DNA of 64,000 nucleotides from a virus, in IMG/VR virus record IMGVR_UViG_3300032241_002567, positions 1-64,000 of that record; one strand, written 5' to 3'. Positions 32,049-41,882 of the stretch are shown piece after piece. The notes under the pieces were generated by a model. The model searched no databases, had not been told where the DNA came from, and saw only the letters and a list, made by a program, of their open reading frames with translations. Positions within the stretch are counted from its first letter, which is position 1. Each line of letters begins with the position of its first letter. Position numbers and translations under genes: made by a program.

Positions 32049-33276
32049 TTGCTAATTCTTTTTTTAAAATTTCATTAATCTTTTTAATATTCCAATATGG
32101 AATTCTAATTAATTTTTCATTATTTACTTTGAGTAATTCTTCTTTTAATACATCTCTGTGTTTTTGATATTCGAATTTTTTTAATCCACCAAAATATTCA
32201 ATCGGTTCAAAATGCTGTTTACCATCAAATTCAATAAATATATTTTTTTCGGGGAGATAAAAATCAAAGTAGAACCCATATTTTGGATATTGTTGATTAA
32301 ATTTATAAAAATTTTCTTCTAGAAATATTCTTATTGTTTTTTCACCCTTTGTTTCTTTACATATAGGGCATCCTTTGCTATAATTTAAATAATATCCCGC
32401 TTTTTGTTTAAAAATTCCATGTTTATCACAAGTTGCACTTATATATTCATTGATTCCTTTATATTCTGTTATACTATGATCTATTTCGGGATATCGCAAT
32501 TTGCAAATATTTAAAAATTCATCATTTGTATATTTTTTACTTTCTATTCCACATAAATTACAACCATGTCCTGATAATAAAATTTCTGGTTTAGATGAAA
32601 AGTCTCCGTGTTTATTACAAGTTATTATTACCTTATTTTTGAAGTCTATAAAATTACATTTTTCAAAAGAATAGTTATTAAATTTATTCTTTAAGCATTC
32701 AATAAAAAAATTATTATCATATTTTTTTTTCTTAGAACATTTTCTACATCCATATCCAAGTAAATGTTTATCTTTTCTTATTGTAAAATCTCCATGTAAT
32801 TTACAGGACACAATTATATTTTCTTTATTTAAAAATCCGTCTTTATACGAATATTTATTATTATGTGTTGTTAATAATTTATTTCTTAAATCATTTTCAT
32901 CCCATATTTTACCTTTACAATAAATACAAGCTTGTCCATCTAAAAGTTGAGTAACTCTTATTAGTTTTTCGCCGTGTTTACATTTCATCAAAATTTTTGA
33001 TTTAGTGTTGACATAACCGGAAAAATCAAATTCATAATTTTTGTGTAAATTTAAAATCTTAATCTTAACCTCTTCTATTGAATATGAATTACTACAAATT
33101 TTACAACCTTGACCTTTTATATGTTTTGCAGCAGATTGTAAAAACCCCCCATGTATTTTGCATTTTATTATTGATTTATTATGATAATTTTTGTAAATAA
33201 AATTATCATAATTATATCTATCACCATGTAATTTAGTGAAATCTATCAGTATTTCTTCTCTTGTTTTTTTCCTCAT
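32038..33276 (-). mobile_element. Free-standing homing endonuclease (C..HG.F zinc-binding repeats plus Vsr-like PD-(D/E)XK domain) inserted in uvsW
   Basis: Repeated IxCxxHGxF...GxGCxxC units; C-terminal FDFYLP...IEFDGKQH...D..K...LIRIPYW; overlaps both uvsW halves. Confidence 0.8.
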
Positions 33277-33998
33277 ATTTCGTCAGTGCTTTTTAATTCA
33301 TAACAGAAAATTTCACCTCTATTTTTTGTTAAAATTTTTTCACCTGGATTTTTTCTTAAAATTGTACCATCTTCCAATTCTAATTCTATTTCATAATCAT
33401 ATATATTATTAATATTATTCTCCCCATAGAAGTTTTTTAGAAAGTCATCATACATTTGTGTCACCAATGAGATGGAAGGCACAATTAACAACATTTTAGC
33501 ATCTTGATTAAGATGTGTTATAGTATAAAAATAAACAATAGAAATAATTAAAGATTTACCACCAGAAGTGGCAACTTCTGCCAAACAATAACGATTTTTT
33601 AAGATTTTAAATGCAGTTTCTATTTGGTGATCATATGGCATAAATGGAATCCATTGTTCGTCTTTTTTAACTTTATGATTTTTAAAAAATTCTTTACAAA
33701 AGTCTTGCACTGATTCTAATGTAACATTTCTATTAATAGGAAATTCTTCTTTATTTGTAATAGTGAATTTTGCACCTATTATTTGACACGCTTTAAGACA
33801 TTCTTTCCATAGACCTTGATTTATTTTACCACCATTAAAAACTGAATCTTTACCGTCCCAATACCCTGCTTTAAATGCAGGTGTAAAGCGATATCCCTTA
33901 GGATTTCTAGTAAGCCATATATCTAATTGATGATATTCGGTTCTTGTTGCTTCTGTCACAACAAGTTTTTCAGTTTTCGGATCATATTTTAGTTCCAT
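33273..33998 (-). CDS. uvsW: UvsW-like SF2 helicase, N-terminal part
   Basis: GYWDG, PYDHQ (Q motif), ATSGGKS (Walker A), IVPSISLVTQM (motif Ia). Confidence 0.88.
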   Translation of the reverse strand: MELKYDPKTEKLVVTEATRTEYHQLDIWLTRNPKGYRFTPAFKAGYWDGKDSVFNGGKINQGLWKECLKACQIIGAKFTITNKEEFPINRNVTLESVQDFCKEFFKNHKVKKDEQWIPFMPYDHQIETAFKILKNRYCLAEVATSGGKSLIISIVYFYTITHLNQDAKMLLIVPSISLVTQMYDDFLKNFYGENNINNIYDYEIELELEDGTILRKNPGEKILTKNRGEIFCYELKSTDEI

Positions 33999-34044
33999 GC
34001 AGATTATATTAAAAAAAGTTATAGTGGTTTAATATATATTCTAT

Positions 34045-34974
34045 ATGAAATATTTAAAGTATTTTGAAGCAAAAGTAATACACTTTAAAACACCATATGC
34101 TAATTACCCAACTTATAGGATAATTAATTTTGAAAAATTAGAACCTTTAAAAGATTCTGATATAATAATTGTTTATCACGGATTTTATAGCAAATCTGAT
34201 GTTGAGATTGCATTAACAAAAGGATTATCTGGGCAAGAAATTGCTAGAAGAGTTTATAGCTACGAATCAGGCAATAATAAAAAAGGATTATTTGTTTCAA
34301 TAGATTTTAATAGTGTTAAAAGATTTGCATCATCTGGTATAATTATAGAATTTGCTACTAAAGTATCTGATTTAGAATCACCTATGTGGGTAGGTGGAAG
34401 ATATTTCAAACAGGGAGAATATACCAAATCTTTTACTGATTGGAATAATGAAACAGGAACTTCTGAACAAAGAGAAGAAGAAAGATTAAGAAAAAGAAAA
34501 GAAGCAAATAATAGTGAATATAATTATATAAGATTAAGTGATAGACCAGAATTAGCGCAATCTTTATATTTAGAATCTGAACACCAAGCACTTTTTACTG
34601 GCAATTTAAATCCAAATATGATAAGAGCAGTTTGGTATAATCCAAAAAACAGATATGATGATAAGTGGGAAAGATTGTCTAGAAAAGAGTTTATTGAGAG
34701 GTTCAATATAAAAAAAGAAAAAGGACAATACCCTAATCGTGAATATTTACCTAATGATGAATTTACAATAGAAGATTTTAGGAAAAGATGTATTGAATAT
34801 AGTAATGATGAGAATGAAGGCGAAGAAATATTTCAAAGTTATTTAAAACACTATCTTAAAGATAGATATGCTAATAGATTTGAATTAAAACAAATGGGGT
34901 TTTTCCCAAAACAAATTGAAGAAATACTTCGTTTAAGAAATAGTGGTGAATTTCAAAAATGGATTAAAAATTAA
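34045..34974 (+). CDS. Possible ADP-ribosyltransferase-fold protein
   Basis: VYHG...GL...GLFVS...F pattern; N-terminus MKYLKYFE. Confidence 0.45.
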   Translation: MKYLKYFEAKVIHFKTPYANYPTYRIINFEKLEPLKDSDIIIVYHGFYSKSDVEIALTKGLSGQEIARRVYSYESGNNKKGLFVSIDFNSVKRFASSGIIIEFATKVSDLESPMWVGGRYFKQGEYTKSFTDWNNETGTSEQREEERLRKRKEANNSEYNYIRLSDRPELAQSLYLESEHQALFTGNLNPNMIRAVWYNPKNRYDDKWERLSRKEFIERFNIKKEKGQYPNREYLPNDEFTIEDFRKRCIEYSNDENEGEEIFQSYLKHYLKDRYANRFELKQMGFFPKQIEEILRLRNSGEFQKWIKN

Positions 34975-35018
34975 ACATTCTAATTAGAATGTTTAATTTT
35001 TAATCCATTTTTCTTTTT

Positions 35019-35861
35019 TTAAGAAATTTTTCTTTTTTTAAGAAAATTATAAACTAATTTTTTATACCAAGGTAAATCATCAATAAGTTTTACATTTATT
35101 AATTCAAACATATATTGTGAAGTTGGTGAGTATTCTTCAATTGCTCCTATCCAGGTAATATGTTTAGTATCAATTTGAATATCATTTTCAATCAAAGCTA
35201 CGCCAGCTAAATTATTTTGACTACTATATCTTCCAACTAAAATTATATCATCATGTGAATCATAATTTACAAAAACAGATAACCCCATTACATTTCCAAT
35301 TTGTGTTATAACTTCATATTCTTTAATTTTGCCATTTGTATCATAAATAAATCCTGGTATATTTTGAATTAAGTGAACTAATTTTGGACTAATAACCATA
35401 AAAGTAGCCGGACCAATTCTATTATTTACTGCTATACTATTACCAACATGCATAATTCTTGTTATTAATCTTTTTGCATCAATATCATTATTACCAATAA
35501 GTATGTCAGAATTACTGTTTATCCATCTTAATAAGAGTTTAGATTTAGGTTTTAATGTAGTTTTTCTTATACTTTTATCGTTAATTGTCGCTAATTGAAT
35601 ATATTTGTTGAATAGTTTAGAAATTAAAGTATTTATTAATATAAAAGTATTTTTTTCATCTTTTGTAAAGATAATTTTATCACAATAAATATCCTCTTGT
35701 TTTATTTTTAATCCAAATTCTTTCATTGGAAAGCCATTTGGACCATTTGTTTCACCAAGATCGATTTGTTCGATATATGAAATTGAAGCTTTTGTTTCAG
35801 GTGCTTTATAAAAATAAGCTGTATTTAAAAATTCGGAATTTAGATAACTTTTTGAGTTCAT
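35019..35861 (-). CDS. Truncated major-capsid-protein (gp23)-like paralog
   Basis: LITRI...NSIAVNNRIGPATFMVISP...IGNVMGLSVFVN...DDIILVGR resembles the gp23 C-terminal half. Confidence 0.55.
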   Translation of the reverse strand: MNSKSYLNSEFLNTAYFYKAPETKASISYIEQIDLGETNGPNGFPMKEFGLKIKQEDIYCDKIIFTKDEKNTFILINTLISKLFNKYIQLATINDKSIRKTTLKPKSKLLLRWINSNSDILIGNNDIDAKRLITRIMHVGNSIAVNNRIGPATFMVISPKLVHLIQNIPGFIYDTNGKIKEYEVITQIGNVMGLSVFVNYDSHDDIILVGRYSSQNNLAGVALIENDIQIDTKHITWIGAIEEYSPTSQYMFELINVKLIDDLPWYKKLVYNFLKKRKIS

Positions 35862-35869
35862 TTGTCATA

Positions 35870-36532
35870 TTATTTTTTTCTTGGTTTAATAACTTCGTCT
35901 ATCATACCATAATTTTTAGCCTCAAGAGAATTCATCCAATAATCTCTATCAGCATCTTGCTCAACCTTTTTAATATCTTGACCAGTTTTTTCTGATATTA
36001 TCTCATATAATTCTATTTTTAGCGTATTTATTTCTTTAGCATCGATAGTAATATCCGAAGCCTGATATACGCCATAAGAGCCAGACATTGGTTGATGTAT
36101 CATCGTTCTTGCACGTTTTAGAGATTTTCTTTTTCCATTTGAACCAGAACAAAGAATTACTGCTGCCATAGAAGCTGCTAATCCAGTATTAATAGTTATG
36201 ATATCAGGACGAATAAAATCCATAGTATCTAAAATGCCAAGTCCATCATAAACAGAACCACCTGGTGAATTGATATACATTTTTATATCCTTTTTATGAT
36301 CTAATTGTTCTAAATAAAGAAGTTGATTTTTAACTAGTTCAGAAGTATAATTATCGATTTCATCGTTTAAAAAAACAATTCTATCATTTAGCAATTTGGT
36401 ATAAATATCTAACATAAAACCTTTTTCGTTGTCTATAATAAAGTTAGAGTTATTATGTATTGATTTCCTAATAATGCTTTCAGGAACTTTGGAGTAAAGA
36501 AATTTTTGATAATCTGATGCTAATTTTCTCAT
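35870..36532 (-). CDS. clpP: ATP-dependent Clp protease proteolytic subunit
   Basis: YINSPGGSV, GLAASMAA (Ser), MIHQP (His), DRDYW (Asp). Confidence 0.95.
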   Translation of the reverse strand: MRKLASDYQKFLYSKVPESIIRKSIHNNSNFIIDNEKGFMLDIYTKLLNDRIVFLNDEIDNYTSELVKNQLLYLEQLDHKKDIKMYINSPGGSVYDGLGILDTMDFIRPDIITINTGLAASMAAVILCSGSNGKRKSLKRARTMIHQPMSGSYGVYQASDITIDAKEINTLKIELYEIISEKTGQDIKKVEQDADRDYWMNSLEAKNYGMIDEVIKPRKK

Positions 36533-36608
36533 ATTTCTTATATTAATGTTTTTTCAAAAGATTAAATTGTAAAATTAATTTTTAATATATAAAAGAAAAA
36601 ATATTAAT

Positions 36609-36911
36609 ATGAAATTAACATTTGAAATGCATGGTTATACTATCGTCATAGAAGAGACTGAAGAAAATTTAATTAAAGTTTCGGCTGAAAAAGATGGCGA
36701 AGAAGTTGAATCTTTTGAGCTTGAAGGCGGTGAAGATCATCCAGGACACGAAGAAGAGCTTCCGGAAGCTGGCGAAGAAAGTGGCGAAGAAATCAAAGGT
36801 GAAACACCTGAATCTGATTTTGAAGAAACAGAAGAAACAGAAGAAACAGAAGAAAAGCCTATGGGTGAATCTAAATTATATAATTTCTCAGATTTCCTAA
36901 AAAGGAAATAA
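36609..36911 (+). CDS. Acidic small protein
   Basis: Glu-rich with EET repeats; C-terminus ESKLYNFSDF. Confidence 0.6.
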   Translation: MKLTFEMHGYTIVIEETEENLIKVSAEKDGEEVESFELEGGEDHPGHEEELPEAGEESGEEIKGETPESDFEETEETEETEEKPMGESKLYNFSDFLKRK

Positions 36912-36922
36912 AAGAATAAATG

Positions 36923-36965
36923 AAAAAAAAATTACGAAAAGTTAAACTTTTCGTAATTTTTTTTT
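36923..36965. terminator. Bidirectional intrinsic terminator
   Basis: A-run, attacgaaaagt/acttttcgtaat, T-run, between convergent genes. Confidence 0.75.
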
Positions 36966-36967
36966 CA

Positions 36968-37384
36968 TTATTCCTCTATCTGTTCAATTATAATTTTTTG
37001 TCCATAAGACCAAGGAGAAATATAAACTTCCAATTCTTCGCCATCTTCATCTTCTGTAATTAAACAGGGCTCTTGTTCAAATACTTCGCCTATTCCATCG
37101 CTCCATTGTCCTTGTGTATATTCAGATAATATCTCTAATTCATCATTTGTTAATTTTTCGTTGCAATGATATTCGGTTATAGTCCATAAATTATTATTCT
37201 CGAAAGAGAAATGCATATAACCATTATTTACTTTTTTATTAATTAAAGATTGCTCATTTTCTCTATCCTTATATTTACCCTGAAAATATTCGGTAAATTC
37301 TTCTTGACAATCAATACCATCAAGTTCAGACAAATCATAATGATCTGTTTTTGCTATTCCTTTTACTATAATTTTATAACTCAT
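36968..37384 (-). CDS. Hypothetical protein (GQWSDG.GE.FEQ motif)
   Basis: ORF. Confidence 0.6.
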   Translation of the reverse strand: MSYKIIVKGIAKTDHYDLSELDGIDCQEEFTEYFQGKYKDRENEQSLINKKVNNGYMHFSFENNNLWTITEYHCNEKLTNDELEILSEYTQGQWSDGIGEVFEQEPCLITEDEDGEELEVYISPWSYGQKIIIEQIEE

Positions 37385-37395
37385 ATTGTTTTATA

Positions 37396-37426
37396 CAAAA
37401 ATAAGAAAATTTTTTGAATTAACAAA
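37396..37426 (-). promoter_or_regulatory. Bacteroidota-type primary-sigma promoter
   Basis: Minus strand TTTG-N19-TATTTTTG, 11 nt before the ATG. Confidence 0.7.
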
Positions 37427-37544
37427 TTTTTGTCATGTATTTTTTAAATTTATATTTAATGGTAATCTTATTATAGATTTTAATATATAAATTAAAATTT
37501 GTTGATTTGATAAAATAATACTATCTTTACAACAAATAAAAAGT

Positions 37545-38645
37545 ATGAAAAAAATAAGCAATTATGCTTCATTCATTAAGCAAAATAAATTAAAGTATTA
37601 TTCATTTGACTGGGATGATAATATTTTACATATGTCGACTCCTATTCATATGGATAAGTTAATTGAAGGTAATTGGGAGCCTATTTCAGTTTTTCCTTCT
37701 GAATTTGCTCATATTCGTAATAATTTAAATTTCAGAAACAGAGAAAATAATCCTCATAAAGCTTATGAAGAATTTAGAGATATAGGACCAAGAGGTAATA
37801 TGGCTTTTTTGCTTGATATGCAAAAATCAATTTCTGAATCAAAATTTGGTCCTTCTTGGAATAAATTTATTCAATGTTTAGTTGAAGGTTCTTTATTCTC
37901 TATTGTAACAGCAAGAGCACATGAATATCAAACACTTAAAGAAGGTGTTAAATGGATTATAGATAATTGTCTTATAAAGCAGCAACAAGATTTAATGTAT
38001 GAAAATTGTCAAAAATTTCTTCAATTATTTGAAGGTAAATCATTTGTAAGAGAAAATAATATAAATATATCGGATACTAAATTAATAAACTATTACTTAG
38101 ATAAGTGTAAGTTTTATGGCGTTGGATTTCCTTTTTCAAATTCATTCAAGTCTGAATTTAATTTAGATCCTTCAATTAAAATTGAAGAAGCAAAGAAAAT
38201 TGCATTAGATAAATTTTTAGAAATTTGCAACTCTTATGGTAAACAATCTAATAGAAATGTTTCTGTTGGGTTTTCTGATGATGATAAAAAGAATATTGAA
38301 CATGTAAAAAAATTCTTTGAATTTAAATCAACTATCTATGATAGAATGAAATTAAATATTTATGATACATCTAAACTATCTAGTCATAAAATTAGATTTG
38401 AGAATGGTATAAAAGAAGATATGGGTCCATCTTCCTCTGGTAAAGAAAATTCTATTTTATTATATATGAGTCCTAATTCTATGCCAAATACATTACAAAA
38501 TGCTACTAATGATTGGAGCCAACCAAATTATACACTTTTACAAAAATCAAAAGTAGCTACTCTGTTAACAAAAGATGTTGTGAAAAAGAAAGCCAAACTT
38601 AAAAAGAAAAATGCAAAATCTAAAAGTAACAATAATCCAGCCTGA
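37545..38645 (+). CDS. HAD-like phosphatase-domain protein
   Basis: SFDWDDNI, IVTAR, K, GFSDDD. Confidence 0.65.
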   Translation: MKKISNYASFIKQNKLKYYSFDWDDNILHMSTPIHMDKLIEGNWEPISVFPSEFAHIRNNLNFRNRENNPHKAYEEFRDIGPRGNMAFLLDMQKSISESKFGPSWNKFIQCLVEGSLFSIVTARAHEYQTLKEGVKWIIDNCLIKQQQDLMYENCQKFLQLFEGKSFVRENNINISDTKLINYYLDKCKFYGVGFPFSNSFKSEFNLDPSIKIEEAKKIALDKFLEICNSYGKQSNRNVSVGFSDDDKKNIEHVKKFFEFKSTIYDRMKLNIYDTSKLSSHKIRFENGIKEDMGPSSSGKENSILLYMSPNSMPNTLQNATNDWSQPNYTLLQKSKVATLLTKDVVKKKAKLKKKNAKSKSNNNPA

Positions 38646-39378
38646 TATTATTTGGGAAAATAAGATTTCTAATTTATTAAAATATGAAGATATTATTAAA
38701 AATATAACATCCAATCCGGATGTTATTATTTTACCTGAAATGTTTACTACGGGATTTACTATGGAAAATAAATTATCCGAAAAATCTTGTGGATATACTG
38801 TTGAATGGATGAAAATAATGTCTATGAATAAGAATGCTCATATAATGGGTAGTGTTATAATAGAAGGTGATGATGGAAACATATATAATCGATTATTATC
38901 AGTTAAGGATAATTTTATTGAATTTTATGATAAGAAGCATCTATTTGCTTATGCAGGTGAAGATAAATTTTACACTGCTGGAAATCAAAGAAAAATAGTT
39001 AATATAAATGGTTGGAGAATACTTTTACAAATATGTTATGATTTAAGATTTCCAGTTTTTTCTCGCAATCAAGATGATTATGATGCCATTGTTTATGTGT
39101 CCAATTGGCCAGAAAAAAGAAACATGTCTTGGAAAATACTTTTAAAAGCCAGAGCAATAGAAAACCAAAGCTATGTAATTGGGGTAAATAGAGTTGGCAC
39201 AGATGGCAATGGACATAATTATTTAGGAGAAAGTCAAGTAATAAATCCACTTGGTAATATAATTTGTATTTCAAATAAACCCGAAATTATAGACGTTGAA
39301 TTGGATTTAGATTATTTAAAAAAAATAAGAATTGAACTACCTTTTCTTAAAGATAGAGATTTTTTTGATTTAAAATAA
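38611..39378 (+). CDS. Nitrilase-family amidohydrolase (omega-amidase/YafV-like)
   Basis: LPEMF, YDKKHLF, QICYDLRFP, ARAIENQ. Confidence 0.92.
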   Translation: MQNLKVTIIQPDIIWENKISNLLKYEDIIKNITSNPDVIILPEMFTTGFTMENKLSEKSCGYTVEWMKIMSMNKNAHIMGSVIIEGDDGNIYNRLLSVKDNFIEFYDKKHLFAYAGEDKFYTAGNQRKIVNINGWRILLQICYDLRFPVFSRNQDDYDAIVYVSNWPEKRNMSWKILLKARAIENQSYVIGVNRVGTDGNGHNYLGESQVINPLGNIICISNKPEIIDVELDLDYLKKIRIELPFLKDRDFFDLK

Positions 39379-39380
39379 AA

Positions 39381-39725
39381 TTAATTTATTTTATCATCTG
39401 GTTCTGGTTTATCATCTGGTTCTGGTTTATCATCTGGTTCTGGTTGATTATCTTTTTTATCATCTGTAACGTCTTTAGCTGCTTCTGCAATTTTTCCGTC
39501 TGATTTTTTAAAAATGCTTTCAGTCATATTAAACCCAAATAATCCAGCTACTACAAGTAATAAACCATTATACATAGTATCCGGGCATATCCATTTGTTA
39601 TGTGAGGCAGCTATAAAAGCTAATATTATACAAGAAAATAATGTTATAAGTGCTGCAAATCTTTTTGAACTTAAAGGGCTGTTGGCACTTAATAAATCAA
39701 GTAAAAACTTTTTCATGTTAAACAA
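39381..39725 (-). CDS. Two-TM membrane protein (holin-like candidate)
   Basis: SSKRF followed by two hydrophobic helices; charged tail with PEPDDK repeats. Confidence 0.55.
   Translation of the reverse strand: MFNMKKFLLDLLSANSPLSSKRFAALITLFSCIILAFIAASHNKWICPDTMYNGLLLVVAGLFGFNMTESIFKKSDGKIAEAAKDVTDDKKDNQPEPDDKPEPDDKPEPDDKIN
39390..39443. repeat. 3 x 18-bp tandem repeat
   Basis: tttatcatctggttctgg x3 (PEPDDK). Confidence 0.9.
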
Positions 39726-39791
39726 TAATTTTTTATATGATATATATTATATAAAAAAAATAAAATTCATGAAAGTGGATTCTGGTGAATA

Positions 39792-40280
39792 ATGTTTGGA
39801 AAATTAAAAGATGATTTCCAAAAATTAAAAAAGATTTTTAAAGCAAAAAACGAACACTTTCTAAAAGCTGATTTCGTTTTTTACAAAAGATGGAAATTAC
39901 TAATTAAATTATTAGTTTATTTTAATAAAAATTATGTAAGTTGTGAAATTGCTAGAAAACGATTCAAATCACATCGTAATTTTATAGTTATTGGTCTTAA
40001 ATGGAATGGTAAAAACGTTAAACGTAGAACGATAGGTTTTGCTAAAGAATTTGTAAATTCTAACAAAAACGCTAAGTGTATTTATTGTGAAACTAAATTA
40101 ACAGAAGAAAATGCGACAACAGATCATATTATTCCAATTGCCTCTGGTGGAAATAATTGTAAAGTTAATCTCATGGTTTGTTGCCAGCCATGTAATTCTG
40201 AAAGAGGAACTATGCCTTTTAATAAGTATTTAAAGTTAAAAAATGAAAAATATAAAAAAAGTAAATACACCTTTATATAA
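39792..40280 (+). CDS. HNH endonuclease
   Basis: CIYC...TTDHIIP...GG.N...NL..CCQPCN. Confidence 0.85.
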   Translation: MFGKLKDDFQKLKKIFKAKNEHFLKADFVFYKRWKLLIKLLVYFNKNYVSCEIARKRFKSHRNFIVIGLKWNGKNVKRRTIGFAKEFVNSNKNAKCIYCETKLTEENATTDHIIPIASGGNNCKVNLMVCCQPCNSERGTMPFNKYLKLKNEKYKKSKYTFI

Positions 40281-40671
40281 ATTAATTTTTCCTTGGAAAA
40301 TTATGTTCGATACTTTTAATATAAAACAACGACAAAAAGATGTTGCTTCACATTTACGCAGTGTTTCACACGATCCATCTGGATATATAACTATTAGATT
40401 TCATAATTCGAACAATATTTCTGAAATTCAGAAGAATTGCATGGATGACTTTTCAATTTATTCAATTTATAAAAAAATTAATATTAATTTATTAATTGTT
40501 AATGATGATTGTTCCTCTACTTTATCTATGTTGGCAGGCGCAAGACTCTGTGATGTAAATTATGATAAATTTGAAATTGAATTTTATTTTGATGCTTATT
40601 TTTATATGGAAGATTCAGTAGAGGCAATACCTTATATTGGGGATATAAAAATTAATCAAGCAATTGATTAA
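40243..40671 (+). CDS. Hypothetical protein
   Basis: ORF. Confidence 0.45.
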   Translation: MKNIKKVNTPLYKLIFPWKIMFDTFNIKQRQKDVASHLRSVSHDPSGYITIRFHNSNNISEIQKNCMDDFSIYSIYKKININLLIVNDDCSSTLSMLAGARLCDVNYDKFEIEFYFDAYFYMEDSVEAIPYIGDIKINQAID

Positions 40672-40674
40672 TTT

Positions 40675-41832
40675 TTATATCCATTTTTTATAAGTTTTTT
40701 GTTTCTTTGGAATCCATTTTAAATCATAAACATCTTGACTGAAAAACTTATCTAATTCTAATTTTTGATAAGGATTTTGCACTAAACATGCTAATTTGTT
40801 TAAATCTTTTACTTGTGAAATCCGATACATTAAGGAATAAGGATCTGTTGCTTTTTTCTTATCAACTATTTCTTCGAATAATTTTTTCCAAAGAAAAATT
40901 TTCCAACCTGCTTTAATCTTTTCTTCTGATTTTAAGAAACCTGCTTCATCATTATCAAAAAAATATTGAACATCTAAATTGTTATTTTCTAACAAACTCA
41001 TATTAGTATTAACACCAACAACACCAACTGAATTAGGATAAAATAAAGAATCTAAATATCCTTCAAAAACAGTTATAGTTGATTCAAAATCTATATTTAG
41101 AATATTAAAGAAATAACTTAATTTATTATAAATTAATAATTGATTCAAATCAACCCCTTCAATTTCTTCTTCATTAATCTTGTTAATCCATTTATAAAGA
41201 GTTTCAAAATTATAGATTTTAAAACTTCTAAATTTACCAGATTTTAGATTTCTAGTTTGAATACCAAGTATTTTATCGTCTTTTCTATTTAAAAGAACCA
41301 TTACCCATTCATATCTATCTTCATTTAACCAATTCTTGGCTTGATAAATATTTTTGTGCATAGATTCAGTAATTCCTCTTTCTAAGAGATAATTATAAAC
41401 TAAACTGCCTCTTATAAGTGGTTTAAATTCGCTAAGTATAGATTCGCCAGAATTAAATAGCATTTCTAAATCGGAAAGGTTTAGAAGTTCGTCTATATTA
41501 ATATCGGACATATCAGATTTGTAATCTGAATTACTAACTACCTGACTCAAATACTCAATCATTTCCATCTTTTTAGCTGGATCAATTTGTATTTTAAATT
41601 GGTTACATAATTTGTTTAATGACGAATTAAATCCACAATTAAAACATTTAAAGAATAATTTATCAAGAAATAAATTACCTCTTTTTTTTGCTGCTGAACG
41701 AGCTGAATCACCACAAACTGGGCAACAAAAATTAATACGATTATCGTATGATATAATATTTCGTCTATTTTCAGCGGTAAATGCTTTATTTAATATTGTT
41801 TGAACTAATGATTTGACGTATGTTAAATCCAT
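40675..41832 (-). CDS. T4 gp61-like DNA primase
   Basis: CPVCGDS...KKRG...CFNCG zinc finger; TOPRIM VFEGYLDSLF, FFDND. Confidence 0.88.
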   Translation of the reverse strand: MDLTYVKSLVQTILNKAFTAENRRNIISYDNRINFCCPVCGDSARSAAKKRGNLFLDKLFFKCFNCGFNSSLNKLCNQFKIQIDPAKKMEMIEYLSQVVSNSDYKSDMSDINIDELLNLSDLEMLFNSGESILSEFKPLIRGSLVYNYLLERGITESMHKNIYQAKNWLNEDRYEWVMVLLNRKDDKILGIQTRNLKSGKFRSFKIYNFETLYKWINKINEEEIEGVDLNQLLIYNKLSYFFNILNIDFESTITVFEGYLDSLFYPNSVGVVGVNTNMSLLENNNLDVQYFFDNDEAGFLKSEEKIKAGWKIFLWKKLFEEIVDKKKATDPYSLMYRISQVKDLNKLACLVQNPYQKLELDKFFSQDVYDLKWIPKKQKTYKKWI

Positions 41833-41882
41833 AAAAATTATATCTTTAAAAATAAGTAAGTTGTTACTTAAAAATAATATAT

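Noticed and set aside
32038-33276. Group I intron or canonical intein in uvsW
   Set aside because: The endonuclease ORF overlaps both halves, leaving no room for a ribozyme core. The three ORFs are separate, and splice-junction residues are not visible.
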